Positions 18,867 through 28,043 of a DNA stretch of 64,000 nt are shown here, piece by piece. Source of the stretch: Acidimicrobiia bacterium (GTDB lineage Bacteria > Actinomycetota > Acidimicrobiia > Spongiisociales > UBA11373); NCBI GenBank assembly GCA_040878325.1, contig JBBDMM010000006.1, positions 35,012 to 99,011 of the forward strand. Direction: 5' to 3'. The notes beneath the pieces were generated by a model. The model made no database searches and was not told where the DNA came from. It saw only the letters and a program-made list of their open reading frames with translations. The translations under genes and the position numbers were made by a program. Within the stretch, counting starts at the first letter, position 1; every line of letters begins with the position of its first letter.

Positions 18867-19595
18867 ATGTCTCGCCCCCTGATTGGCATCACTACCGGCT
18901 TGCGCAAAGTGCGCGCCAGTGTCGGCGTGGAGTTGGCCCATGTGCTCTGGCCGAATTACGTGGCCATGGTTCGCGCCGCCGGCGGGATCCCGGTGGCGCT
19001 GGTCCCCGGCGATCCGGCTGAGGCCGACGAGATCCTCGGCCGCCTCGACGGCTTGCTGTTCACCGGGGGCGGTGACGTCGACCCCGCCCTCTACGGCGGC
19101 AGCCTCCGGCCCCGGGTCTACGGAATCGACCCTGCCCGCGACGAGTTCGAGCTCGCCCTCGCCAAAGCAGCCGAGCTCGCGCACTTCCCGACACTGTGCG
19201 TGTGCCGGGGAATGCAGTTGATGAATGTGGCCCTTGGCGGAACCCTCATCGAGGATCTGGTCGACGAGGACCCGTCGCTGCTGGCCCATTGGGTGGATGG
19301 AGAGGGCCTCCCCCAAGACGCCGAGCACGAAGTGGCGGTGGACCCCGGATCAACCGTCGCGAAGGCGTTAGGCATCGACAACCTTGTCGTCAACTCGATC
19401 CACCATCAGGCGATCCGGACCTGTGCGCCCGGTCTCACTGTCAGCGGCACCGCCCCCGACGGCGTGATCGAAGCCATCGAGCCCGTGGATTCGGACTGGC
19501 CGATGTGGGCCGTGCAATGGCACCCGGAAGTCCTCGGCGAGTCGCACGATCCGTCCATCCGGCTCTTCAAGGCCCTCGTCGACGCCGCCCGATAG
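18867..19595 (+). CDS. gamma-glutamyl-GABA hydrolase-like class I glutamine amidotransferase (peptidase C26 family)
   Basis: Catalytic triad context LCVCRGMQLMN ... WAVQWHPE. Confidence 0.8.
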   Translation: MSRPLIGITTGLRKVRASVGVELAHVLWPNYVAMVRAAGGIPVALVPGDPAEADEILGRLDGLLFTGGGDVDPALYGGSLRPRVYGIDPARDEFELALAKAAELAHFPTLCVCRGMQLMNVALGGTLIEDLVDEDPSLLAHWVDGEGLPQDAEHEVAVDPGSTVAKALGIDNLVVNSIHHQAIRTCAPGLTVSGTAPDGVIEAIEPVDSDWPMWAVQWHPEVLGESHDPSIRLFKALVDAAR

Positions 19596-19605
19596 TCTCG
19601 GGTCC

Positions 19606-20364
19606 ATGCCAGCAGACTTCAGCCTCACAGATCGCGTCATTGTCGTCACCGGTGCCAGTCGCGGAATCGGTGAAGCCATCGCCCGCGCTGCCGCCGCCGC
19701 CGGAGCCGCCGTCGTCCTCGCCTCCCGTAAACAAGACGCTCTCGACCAGGTGGCCGCATCGATCCGCCAGGACGGCGGAATGGCCCTGCCCATCGCAGCC
19801 CATGTCGGTCGGCCAGAAGAGGTGGCTGCCCTGTTCTCCCGGGCGACCGCCGAATTGGGGACCATCCACGGCTTGGTGAACAACGCCGCCACCAACGTCT
19901 ACTTCGGCCCCATGCTCGGAATCGACGATGCTGCCTGGGACAAGATCTTCGAAGTGAACCTCAAGGGCTACTTCTACCCAACCCGGGAATTCGTCAGCGC
20001 CTCACCGGGCGGCGGATCGATCGTCAACATCGCCAGCGTCAACGCGCTGCGGGCGTCCCCGCTGCAGGGGGTCTACGCGATGACCAAGGCGGCGGTGGTC
20101 TCTATGACCCAGACGCTCGCCGCCGAGCTCGGCGGGGCCGGAGTGCGAGTCAATGCCATCGCCCCCGGCCTGGTGGAGACTCGCTTCGCGGCCACCCTCG
20201 TCGAGGACGAGGAACTCCGGGGGCGATTCGTCGACCGCGCCCCACTCGGGCGCCACGCCCAGCCCGATGAGATAGCCGGAGCCGCCATGTTCCTGCTGTC
20301 CGATGCCTCGTCCTACGTCACCGGCCAGGTGATCGTGGTCGACGGGGGGATGACGGCGACGTGA
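19606..20364 (+). CDS. SDR family oxidoreductase
   Basis: TGASRGIGEAIA glycine-rich motif, NNAA, YAMTKAA (YxxxK). Confidence 0.85.
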   Translation: MPADFSLTDRVIVVTGASRGIGEAIARAAAAAGAAVVLASRKQDALDQVAASIRQDGGMALPIAAHVGRPEEVAALFSRATAELGTIHGLVNNAATNVYFGPMLGIDDAAWDKIFEVNLKGYFYPTREFVSASPGGGSIVNIASVNALRASPLQGVYAMTKAAVVSMTQTLAAELGGAGVRVNAIAPGLVETRFAATLVEDEELRGRFVDRAPLGRHAQPDEIAGAAMFLLSDASSYVTGQVIVVDGGMTAT

Positions 20365-20441
20365 GCGCTCCCTCGCTCGCTGCCACCCGCCTCCCGCGAG
20401 AGAGGAAGGCGGTGCACAGAAGTCAGGTTCCCCGGACTCTC

Positions 20442-21569
20442 CTACTCGCACTCGTGGTCGCGCAACGGCCTGAGGAACAGGTTACGGGGACCGTCGATCA
20501 GTGAGCGAGGGCTCTCGCAGCGCAGAATCGTGACGCGCTTCGACCCGGCGAGGCGCCCGATCAGGGCTGCTTCCTCCTCGATCGCGGTCCACTTCTTCGG
20601 GGTGAACCGGGTGAAGGGCGCCACCCGGATCTCCAGTTTGTCGTCGTCAGAACCCAGGCTCCACACTCCTGCGACCGTCCCGCCGTCGAGTACCACCGAG
20701 GTGGCGTTGCCATCGCGGTCGTAGACGAACGGGCCGACCTCCTCGGCCAAGAACCGACTGCGGTCTTTCCAGGTGACCATCAGTGCGTCCCACACGGGCA
20801 ACAGACGGAGGGGTGGAACCTTGCCACGGGTGGGTCCGTCGCCCTTGAAATTGCCGTCGCCCAGGTCCACCGCGTCGCAACCGTCGATCGCCTCCCGGGC
20901 CTGGCCCAGGGTCATCCCTGACCACCACGCCAGATCGTCGACCGTGGCCGGGCCATGAGAACGCAGGTAGAGCCGGGCCACCTCGATCCGCGCCTCGCCG
21001 GGATCGGGGGACCACACGTCCACGTCGGGCAGCCAGTCACTCCACAGGGTCACCGCGTTGCGGCCCGAACGCCATGACTTCGGCTCCCCCGTCCCCACCA
21101 GCCGGCATTCGGTGGACATCTGGTTGATCACGAAGTTGAGGCCCTTGGCGTCTTCCTCGGGCACGTCGAGGGCCGCCTTGATCTCGGGGACCGTGCGGTG
21201 CACCTCATCCGATAGGAGGTCTTCGATTCGCGACGCCCAGGTCTCGTAGTCATCGACGACGAGCACCCGATCGACGTAGTTGCTGAACGCCCGCTCGTTT
21301 CGCTCGCGTGTCGCCGGCACGACGATGGGAAGCAGATCCACCGGCATGAGGAACGCACTACCCCGCAGGGTCCGCAACCCCACCACCTTGCGCTTGGAGT
21401 ACAGATCGTCGAGCTGCTTCTTCTTGAAGTTCGGTACTCGCGCCGCCAGTTCCAGGTACGAGACGGGGGGCGTGGCGTAACAGCCGATCGAGTCGTGGAG
21501 AACCTCGAGCACTGTGGCCTTGCGGCGATCGAGGTGCGTCGATGCCCAGGGAAGGGTGGTCGCAGTCAT
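20442..21569 (-). CDS. winged-helix DNA-binding domain protein of the YcaQ/AlkZ (DUF1006) family, putative DNA glycosylase
   Basis: 375 aa. Collinear with crosslink-repair glycosylase family (RLYLRSHGPATVDDLAWWSG...). Confidence 0.65.
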   Translation of the reverse strand: MTATTLPWASTHLDRRKATVLEVLHDSIGCYATPPVSYLELAARVPNFKKKQLDDLYSKRKVVGLRTLRGSAFLMPVDLLPIVVPATRERNERAFSNYVDRVLVVDDYETWASRIEDLLSDEVHRTVPEIKAALDVPEEDAKGLNFVINQMSTECRLVGTGEPKSWRSGRNAVTLWSDWLPDVDVWSPDPGEARIEVARLYLRSHGPATVDDLAWWSGMTLGQAREAIDGCDAVDLGDGNFKGDGPTRGKVPPLRLLPVWDALMVTWKDRSRFLAEEVGPFVYDRDGNATSVVLDGGTVAGVWSLGSDDDKLEIRVAPFTRFTPKKWTAIEEEAALIGRLAGSKRVTILRCESPRSLIDGPRNLFLRPLRDHECE

Positions 21570-22033
21570 TTCCCCCGCGAGGCCATGATCTCACCCAGCT
21601 GGCCACGGTGCTCGGATTCGTGCTGCATCAGATGATGGAAAACCCACTCGGGTGTCACGGTGAAGTCGCCCGAGACCCGGATCGCATCGAGGTCGTCGTC
21701 GCTCAACGATTTCAGCTCCTCTCGCATCCGCTCGCGCACCCAGGCGAGTCGGGCGAGGTGTCTCTCTAGCGAGTCGCCCACGGCAGGGGTGAGCCGACCG
21801 TTCTCCTCGCGCACGTCATGGGGGAACCAGGCCTCGGCTTCCTCGGGGAAATCCTTCACCATCACCTCGGCGTAGAGCCAGTCGAGTTCGATTGCGGCCA
21901 CGTGGTAGAGCAGCGATCCCGCAGTGTTCCCATTCCACTCGGTGGGTTGATCGACCGTCGCAGGGTCCAGGTCAGACACCAGCCGCAGCGTCCGCTCGCG
22001 GCATTCCTCGGTGAGGGCCAACAGGAAAGCCAT
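21566..22033 (-). CDS. DinB/YfiT-like (DinB_2) family metal-dependent protein
   Basis: WVFHHLMQHESEHRGQL is a four-helix DinB pattern. ATGA overlap with the upstream gene. Confidence 0.7.
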   Translation of the reverse strand: MAFLLALTEECRERTLRLVSDLDPATVDQPTEWNGNTAGSLLYHVAAIELDWLYAEVMVKDFPEEAEAWFPHDVREENGRLTPAVGDSLERHLARLAWVRERMREELKSLSDDDLDAIRVSGDFTVTPEWVFHHLMQHESEHRGQLGEIMASRGK

Positions 22034-22074
22034 CCGAGGTGAATAGCCATCTGGTCGTCGAATCGATTCGTGGG

Positions 22075-22911
22075 TCACGAGAGCACCGTCCCCTGGCGGT
22101 CGATTTCGAGGCGTAACACTTCGCCATCCTCGCCGACAGCGCCTCGCAGTGCCTGCTCGACCACCCGCGCCGACGAGTCCGTCGCCAGCGCCACCGCCGA
22201 CGGTCCCGCGCCACTCCACGCTGCATGAAGCGCTCCGGCACCCCTCGCCGCCTCGATCAATTTCGCGGTGATCGGCGACAGTTCGCTCCGCGGCAGTTCA
22301 TGAATCTCGTCCCCGGCTGCGGCCGCCAACGCCACCGGGTCGGCCGTCCGCAGGCCTTCGATGAGCGCCGCCACCCGGGCAGCGGTCCGCACCGCCACCG
22401 CACGAGGCACCGTGTCGTCGAGTGCGGCGCGGGCGGTGTGCGTCGACATCGCCTCGGCCGGAACGCCGACCATGATCCGAAGGGAAGGATGGACCCCCAG
22501 CCGGAGAATCTCCCCCGTGGCGGTAACAGCCACCAAGCCGCCGTAGGCGGCGGCGGCTGCATTGTCGGGGTGGCCCTCGGCCGCGGCGGCCGCACGAAAC
22601 ACCGAGCCGAGGTCATATGAGCCGGCCGCGGCGTCCACCGCGGCCCGAACTGCCACCCGCAGCGCGGCGCTCGAACCGAGACCCTTGCCGACCGGGATCT
22701 TCGAGCGGATGTAGATCGCGTGCGGCTGATCCCCCGCTACTCCCTGGACCAACCGGGCGGTCGACTCCGCCACCGGGCGGCCATCGCTGGTGACCGACCA
22801 CGATGCTGCCGGCTCGGCCTCCACCTCCAGCCGGATCGACACCGCCAGGGCGAGCAGGTCGAACCCGGGTCCCAGGTTGGCGATCGACCCAGGTGCAGAA
22901 GCAGTAGACAC
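22075..22911 (-). CDS. thrB: homoserine kinase
   Basis: GHMP kinase motifs PGSIANLGPGFD and IPVGKGLGSSAA. GTG start. The 534-aa ORF-track entry is an upstream artefactual extension. Confidence 0.8.
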   Translation of the reverse strand: MSTASAPGSIANLGPGFDLLALAVSIRLEVEAEPAASWSVTSDGRPVAESTARLVQGVAGDQPHAIYIRSKIPVGKGLGSSAALRVAVRAAVDAAAGSYDLGSVFRAAAAAEGHPDNAAAAAYGGLVAVTATGEILRLGVHPSLRIMVGVPAEAMSTHTARAALDDTVPRAVAVRTAARVAALIEGLRTADPVALAAAAGDEIHELPRSELSPITAKLIEAARGAGALHAAWSGAGPSAVALATDSSARVVEQALRGAVGEDGEVLRLEIDRQGTVLS

Positions 22912-22930
22912 GCGCCGAGATTCTAAGAGG

Positions 22931-23135
22931 CGGCTCGCTTCGCTCGCCGCCGCAATTCGCAATTCGCAATTCGCAATACGACAGAACGCGGCCCCTCGGG
23001 GCCTGCCTCTCGTCGGGGCGGGCGGGGGCTTCGCTTCGCTCGCCGTCGTCACCTGGCCCGAGGGAGCCGGGATTGCGCGCCGATCGCTTCCGAGAATTTC
23101 TGTCGTATCGCGTATCGCGTATTGCGTATCGCCCT
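22931..23135. repeat. divergent-promoter repeat patch: ggcTcgcttcgctcgccg x2, (CGCAATT)x3+, (CGTATCG)x4
   Basis: cgcaattcgcaattcgcaattcgcaatacg ... gtcgtatcgcgtatcgcgtattgcgtatcgcc. Confidence 0.85.
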
Positions 23136-23184
23136 CCGCATCGTCGCGCCCGAACCTCACAGAAATACCTAGCCTGGACCCCAT

Positions 23185-24087
23185 ATGGCCGCGATCCGCC
23201 TCGAGAGACTCAGCAAGTTCTACGGGAAGGCCCGGGGGGTGGTCGAGGTCGATCTCGAGGTGCAGACCGGGGAGGTGTTCGGGTTTCTCGGTCCCAATGG
23301 GGCCGGCAAGACGACGACAATCCGGGCGCTGCTCGACCTGATTCGCCCCACCTCGGGCAAGGCCACCGTGCTCGGCCTCGACTCGGTCGCCGACTCCCTC
23401 GAAATCCGCAAACGAGTCGGGTATCTGCCCGGCGAACTCGCCCTCTGGGAGTGGATGACCGCCCGCCAGGTGCTCGACCATCTTGCGAACCTTCGGGGCG
23501 GCGTCGACCAGGCGTACCGCGACCGGCTGACCGAACGCTTCCAGGTCGAGATCGACCGCAAGGTGAGTGACCTCTCTACCGGCAACAAGCAGAAGATCGG
23601 CCTCGTGCAGGCGTTCATGCACAAACCCGAACTGATCGTCCTCGACGAGCCCACCAGCGGCCTCGATCCTCTGATGCAACAGGTCACCTACGAGGTCATC
23701 GACGAGGCGCAGCGCGACGGCCGAACCGTCTTCCTCTCATCACACGTCCTCCCGGAAGTCGAACGGATCGCTCAGCGGGTTGCCATCATCCGCAAGGGCC
23801 GGGTCATTGAGGTTGCGACCGTCGACAGCCTGAAGGAGCGAGCGGTCCGTGTCGTCGAGCTCAGGTTCGGCTGGCCGGTACCCGACTCCGCCGCCCTGTC
23901 GGTCATCCCCGGGGTGACCGAAGCGAGCGTGAGCGGCTCCGTCGCCACCCTGCGTGTCGAAGGCTCGATGGATCCGCTGGTCAAGGCGCTCGCCGGCTAC
24001 GAGACCCTGCTGATCCGCACCCACGACACGCCCCTCGACGAGATCTTTTTCCAGCTCTACCGCGACGGAGAAGACGATGAGGGCTGA
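23185..24087 (+). CDS. ABC transporter ATP-binding protein (ABC-2 subfamily)
   Basis: Walker A GPNGAGKTT, signature LSTGNKQKIGL, Walker B LIVLDEPTSGLD. Confidence 0.85.
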   Translation: MAAIRLERLSKFYGKARGVVEVDLEVQTGEVFGFLGPNGAGKTTTIRALLDLIRPTSGKATVLGLDSVADSLEIRKRVGYLPGELALWEWMTARQVLDHLANLRGGVDQAYRDRLTERFQVEIDRKVSDLSTGNKQKIGLVQAFMHKPELIVLDEPTSGLDPLMQQVTYEVIDEAQRDGRTVFLSSHVLPEVERIAQRVAIIRKGRVIEVATVDSLKERAVRVVELRFGWPVPDSAALSVIPGVTEASVSGSVATLRVEGSMDPLVKALAGYETLLIRTHDTPLDEIFFQLYRDGEDDEG

Positions 24088-24880
24088 GGTCTTTCGCCGG
24101 GTGGTCGTCGGGCGCCGCAAGTCCATCATCGGCTGGGCCCTCGGCTTTCTAGCGACCATGGCGTTCATCGTGCTGCTCTACCCGGCGGTCCGCGACCAAC
24201 CCAGCTTCGGCGACCTGATCGAGGACTACCCGGAGTTCGTCCAGCAGATCCTCGGTCTCGGCGGGGGCCTCGAGTTGGGTTCACCGGAGGGGTACCTGAA
24301 CAGCCAGCTGTTCGCCAACACCCTGCCCATCCTCTTCCTGATCTACCTCTTGGCCTTCGCGGTGCGCGAAACGGCAGGCGAGGAAGGTGACAAGACGATG
24401 AACCTTGCCCTCGCTCACCCAATCAAGCGCGAGCGCTTCATACTCGAGAAGTTCGCCGCGATGACGGTCACCGGGTTCGGACTCGCCATGGTGGCGGTAG
24501 CCGGACTCCTGATCACCGGGCCCCTGGTCGACATGGACCTCACCGTCGCCGGCTACTTCGGCGCCACCGTGTCCGTGTTCCTCATCGCCCTGGCATTCGC
24601 GACCCTGGCGTTGGCCGTGGGCGCCTGGACCGGGAAGAAGTCCCTGGCCTACGGGGTGACCTCCACCCTCGCCGTAGCCTTCTTCCTGTTGTGGGGACTC
24701 GCCCCGATCGTCGACGCCCTCGGATGGACCAACGCGATCAACCCCTTCTTCTGGGGCCTGGCCGGCACCCCGGTGGTCAGCGGCCTCCAGGTCGGCAACG
24801 CCCTGCTACTGGTCGGCGCCGTGGTAATGCTGGTAGCCGCGGCAATCGCCGGCTTCCGAAGGCGAGACATCGGGGTTTAG
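24077..24880 (+). CDS. ABC-2 family transporter permease
   Basis: Six predicted TM helices. Overlaps the ATPase stop by 11 nt. Confidence 0.7.
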   Translation: MRAEVFRRVVVGRRKSIIGWALGFLATMAFIVLLYPAVRDQPSFGDLIEDYPEFVQQILGLGGGLELGSPEGYLNSQLFANTLPILFLIYLLAFAVRETAGEEGDKTMNLALAHPIKRERFILEKFAAMTVTGFGLAMVAVAGLLITGPLVDMDLTVAGYFGATVSVFLIALAFATLALAVGAWTGKKSLAYGVTSTLAVAFFLLWGLAPIVDALGWTNAINPFFWGLAGTPVVSGLQVGNALLLVGAVVMLVAAAIAGFRRRDIGV

Positions 24881-24899
24881 GGCCTCGCCTCGCTCGGCC

Positions 24900-24990
24900 C
24901 GCAATTGGCAATTCGCAATTCGTAGGACGCGTGGTGGGCCGTCAGCCGCGTCTTCTCTTGCGGGAGGCGGGAAGCGGGAGGCGGGAGGCG
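24900..24990. repeat. (GCAATTS)x3 and (GGGAGGC/GGGAAGC)x4 heptamer arrays, convergent intergenic
   Basis: gcaattggcaattcgcaattcg ... cgggaggcgggaagcgggaggcgggaggcgg. Confidence 0.85.
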
Positions 24991-24999
24991 GATGGCTCC

Positions 25000-25797
25000 C
25001 TACCTTTCCAGCACCCTCACCTCGTCGCGGCGGACGGTGCCGCCGAGGCCGACCACGGGGCCGTCCCAGGAGACCTTGATGGTGGAGGGGTGGCCGATGG
25101 CGTCGCCCTGGCTGATGGTCAGCCGCCCCGAGGCTTCGCCTCGATGGTGCCTGATCGCGGCGAGGGCAGCAGCCGCACTTCCGGTGGCCGGGTCCTCGGC
25201 CACGCCGGTGCCGGGAGAGAAGAACCGGGCAGTGATCTCACCGCCCGCACCGGCGAAGACGTAACACATGCCCGCCCCTTGGGCCTCCAGTGCCTCCAGG
25301 TCCGGGGCGGCCGCGGCCACCGCCTCGGGTGAGCCAACGTCGACCACCAGATAGGGCAGTGGCATCTGCACCCACCAAGCGTGGACCGGATCTGGCAGAC
25401 CGGCGGCTACCGCTACCGCCTCCGCCTCAGGGGTGGCGCGGATTTCGGTCGCCATCGGAGTGTCCACCCAGATCTCGTCGCCGTCCTTCCAGAACGGGAT
25501 CTCTCCCACCTGGCAGGTCATCCGGTCGACCGTCCCCGGGCCGATCATCCCCAGCACCCAGGCTGCGCCGACCAGCGGGTGCCCCGCGAAGGGCAGCTCC
25601 CGGGTGGGGGTGAAGATCCGCACCGAGGGAATCCCCTCCTGTCGCCAGTCGATGAACACGGTCTCGGAGAAGCCGAGCTCAGCCGCGATCTCTTGCATCC
25701 CCGGCTCCGGCAGTCCCGTCACGTCGGGGATGACCCCGAGATGGTTCCCGCCGGCATCCCCCCGGGTGAACACTCGAAGCACGTAACAGTGGCGCAT
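25000..25797 (-). CDS. PhzF family phenazine-biosynthesis-like isomerase
   Basis: VFTRGDAGGNHLGV ... FSETVF ... DPATGSAAAAL is a PhzF/DAP-epimerase-like fold pattern. Confidence 0.8.
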   Translation of the reverse strand: MRHCYVLRVFTRGDAGGNHLGVIPDVTGLPEPGMQEIAAELGFSETVFIDWRQEGIPSVRIFTPTRELPFAGHPLVGAAWVLGMIGPGTVDRMTCQVGEIPFWKDGDEIWVDTPMATEIRATPEAEAVAVAAGLPDPVHAWWVQMPLPYLVVDVGSPEAVAAAAPDLEALEAQGAGMCYVFAGAGGEITARFFSPGTGVAEDPATGSAAAALAAIRHHRGEASGRLTISQGDAIGHPSTIKVSWDGPVVGLGGTVRRDEVRVLER

Positions 25798-25820
25798 TGG
25801 CGCAACGGTAATTCAGTTGA

Positions 25821-26040
25821 CAGCCCACAGCCGACAGCCCACGGCCAGAGATCCCGCTCCGGCACCGACCAACGAGGCTTCACCTCGAGCCTGGCAGTTT
25901 GGACCTGGAGACTGGAGACTGGAGACTGGGCCGGCCAGCGGCCAGCCTAAGGCGGCCGAAGGCCGCCCGGAGACTGGAGACTCGGCCGGTCAGCGGCCGG
26001 CCTAAAGGCGGCCGAAGGCCGCCCGGAGACTGGAGCCTGA
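25821..26040. repeat. 5'-leader repeat block: (CAGCCSA)x3, (GGAGACT)x3, then two ~54-bp direct repeats each containing hairpin GGCGGCC-GAA-GGCCGCC
   Basis: Unit 1 ~25929-25980, unit 2 ~25983-26037. Both end in cccggagactggag. Unit 2 abuts the ATG at 26041. Confidence 0.8.
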
Positions 26041-26313
26041 ATGGACATCTTCGACCTCGATTCTCTGCTGGCTCAGCTGATCCTCGGGCTCGGTGCCGCC
26101 CTGGTGTTCGGGAACGGGTTTGCGCTAGTTCAGGCAAAGCGGGGCGTGAAGCCAAAGGGGGCCGAAGGGAACCTACGTCGCGGGCGGGCGTGGTTCCTGC
26201 TCGCCGTCGGCCTGGTCATCGCGGTGTGGGGGGCGACGAGCCTGATTGCGGGTGGCAGCGACCCCGAGCCCACCACCACGTCGACCACAGCCGGGGCGTC
26301 CCGGGACGCTTGA
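26041..26313 (+). CDS. small hypothetical membrane protein (2 TM)
   Basis: LILGLGAALVFGNGFALV and FLLAVGLVIAVWGATSLIAG helices. Thr-rich tail. Confidence 0.4.
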   Translation: MDIFDLDSLLAQLILGLGAALVFGNGFALVQAKRGVKPKGAEGNLRRGRAWFLLAVGLVIAVWGATSLIAGGSDPEPTTTSTTAGASRDA

Positions 26314-26369
26314 CTGCCCAGCTGGGGGCAGGAAACCGCTCCCCGCGGTGCGGTACCATCGCCAGCCTC

Positions 26370-26440
26370 GCGGGCGTAGTTCAATGGCAGAACACGAGCT
26401 TCCCAAGCTCGGAGTGAGGGTTCGATTCCCTTCGCCCGCT
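26370..26440 (+). tRNA. tRNA-Gly (anticodon CCC)
   Basis: Manual cloverleaf: acceptor GCGGGCG/CGCCCGC, D-arm GTTC...GAAC, anticodon stem CGAGC/GCTCG with loop TTCCCAA, T-arm GAGGG-TTCGATT-CCCTT, discriminator U. No encoded CCA. Confidence 0.85.
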
Positions 26441-26465
26441 CAGTCGGCTGCCCTGCGGGCGGCCT

Positions 26466-26565
26466 CCCGCGATTGGCGATTGGCAAGAGGAGCCTCGCTT
26501 TGCTCAGCCCCATCGAGATCGATCCTGACGCTTTGCGTGGTGGCCAATCGCCAATTGCCAATTGC
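26466..26565. repeat. inverted heptamer arrays flanking ~55 bp: (GCGATTG)x2 ... (CCAATYG)x3 (palindromic composite, MITE-like)
   Basis: cgcgattggcgattggcaa at 26468 and ggccaatcgccaattgccaattgcg at 26543 are reverse complements. Confidence 0.7.
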
Positions 26566-26598
26566 GAGTCCGGGGCCCTGAAGGGGCCCCGGACTCTC
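26566..26598. terminator. perfect GC-rich hairpin, likely bidirectional terminator (tRNA-Gly on + and CDS 26603-27193 on -)
   Basis: gagtccggggcccc tgaa ggggccccggactc: 14-bp perfect stem with a 4-nt loop. Confidence 0.6.
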
Positions 26599-26602
26599 TC
26601 AA

Positions 26603-27193
26603 TCAGGCTCCGGGGCCGGGGCCGAAGCGACGGCCACCGGGGCCCCGTCCGCGGAAGGGACGGCGCTCGCCGGGCTCGGGGAGCGGGCTGTTCACCGACT
26701 TGGTGATCCGTTCCTCGGCATTCTCGAGCAGCGCCGCCTTCTCGACCTCGGTGATCCGGCCGTTCTCGACCCCCAGGTCGAGGCGCTGCCCGGTCAACTC
26801 GACCAGGTGAGCGATCACTTCATCGGCAGACGATCCGTTGGCCTCGGCGATCTCGGCGATCGTGTCGTACTCACCGAGCGCCTCGCGCATCTCGGCACCG
26901 TCGAGTCCGAGGAAGTCAGCCACAGCCACCAGGCCCATGAAGGCCCGGACATGCCCCCGGCCCGGCTCCCGGAAGGAGCCGACCAAATGCTTGGCCACGG
27001 CTGCTGCCTGGGTGTCGTCAATGGTCCCGTCCTCGACGAGCGGGGCGAGTTGCTCCAGGATCCGGCTGTATGCCGGTGCGTCGGTCACGTCGGCGGTGTC
27101 GTCGTCGCTGGTCTGGGCGGCCAGGGCGATGCCTGACATCGCCAGGGCGGCGACCACCACCAGCGTGATCCCGATCTTGAGCGTGTGCTTCAC
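26603..27193 (-). CDS. hypothetical secreted protein
   Basis: N-terminal signal MKHTLKIGITLVVVAALAMSGIALAA. Acidic helical body, Gly/Arg-rich tail. Confidence 0.5.
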   Translation of the reverse strand: MKHTLKIGITLVVVAALAMSGIALAAQTSDDDTADVTDAPAYSRILEQLAPLVEDGTIDDTQAAAVAKHLVGSFREPGRGHVRAFMGLVAVADFLGLDGAEMREALGEYDTIAEIAEANGSSADEVIAHLVELTGQRLDLGVENGRITEVEKAALLENAEERITKSVNSPLPEPGERRPFRGRGPGGRRFGPGPGA

Positions 27194-27261
27194 GAGAGAA
27201 CCTCCATTCGATTACTGAGGCCACTCTCCGGGAGCCTTGTTCGGGAATTGTGAAGCGGAGG

Positions 27262-27405
27262 TAGTAATTCGCAATGCGCAATAAGCAATGCGCGGCGCGC
27301 GAGAGTTCTCCGATCAGATCACGCTCGGACCGCATTGCCGCGGCGCGAGAAGGTTCTCCGATCCGATCGGGCTCACCGCGTTGCGCATTGCTCATCGCGC
27401 ATTGC
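27262..27405. repeat. divergent-promoter composite: (GCAATRM)x3, two ~50-bp tandem units (cgcggcgcgAGArkTTCTCCGATCmGATC...gcattgc), then (GCGCATT)-type inverted array
   Basis: Unit A 27291-27338, unit B 27339-27391. Left and right flanks are reverse complements (gcaatgc / gcattgc). Confidence 0.75.
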
Positions 27406-27451
27406 GAAGCCACCGAGCGACGCCTACACGCCCTCCCTAACCTGTCGCGCA

Positions 27452-28018
27452 ATGATCCTCTCCGATGTCTCCATCCGGGCAGCGATCGAGTTGGGCCGCA
27501 TCGAGGTCGACCCCTTCGACCCGGCGATGGTGCAGCCGTCCAGCATCGATGTTCGCGTCGACCGCTACTTCCGGGTGTTCCAGAACCACCGGTACCCCTA
27601 CATCGACCCGAAGCAGTCCCAGCCCGACCTGACCAAGGAAGTGGAGACCGACATGGAGGTCCCCTTCGTGCTCCACCCTGGGGAGTTCGTGCTCGGTTCG
27701 ACGCTGGAGGTGGTCCGCCTCGACAACGACATCGTGGCCCGGCTCGAAGGGAAGTCCAGCCTCGGACGGCTCGGGCTCCTTATCCACTCCACCGCCGGGT
27801 TCGTCGACCCCGGGTTCGAGGGGCACCTAACCCTCGAGCTCTCCAATGTCGCCACTCTTCCGATCGCCATCTACCCGGCGATGCGTATCGGCCAGCTGTC
27901 GTTCTACGAGCTGACCACACCGGCGGAGAACCCCTACGGCTCCCTGCGGGCGGGCTCGAAGTACCAGGGGCAACGCGGGCCGACCGCCAGCCGGATCCAT
28001 GAGGACTTCGACACCTAG
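27452..28018 (+). CDS. dcd: dCTP deaminase
   Basis: [23 protein letters not shown] ... SSIDVRV ... [10 protein letters not shown] are canonical Dcd motifs. Confidence 0.9.
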   Translation: MILSDVSIRAAIELGRIEVDPFDPAMVQPSSIDVRVDRYFRVFQNHRYPYIDPKQSQPDLTKEVETDMEVPFVLHPGEFVLGSTLEVVRLDNDIVARLEGKSSLGRLGLLIHSTAGFVDPGFEGHLTLELSNVATLPIAIYPAMRIGQLSFYELTTPAENPYGSLRAGSKYQGQRGPTASRIHEDFDT

Positions 28019-28043
28019 TGCACCCAATGGTCGACCGGGCCTG

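Noticed and set aside
22075-23679. 534-aa ORF on minus strand
   Set aside because: Only the C-terminal 279 codons are thrB. The remainder is an uninterrupted antisense frame running through the repeat patch and the ABC-transporter gene on the opposite strand.
26370-26600. Possibility that tRNA-Gly marks the attachment site of the low-GC island
   Set aside because: The compositionally distinct island lies about 24 kb away (50.7-57.3 kb). No integrase or tRNA fragment is visible at its borders in this window.
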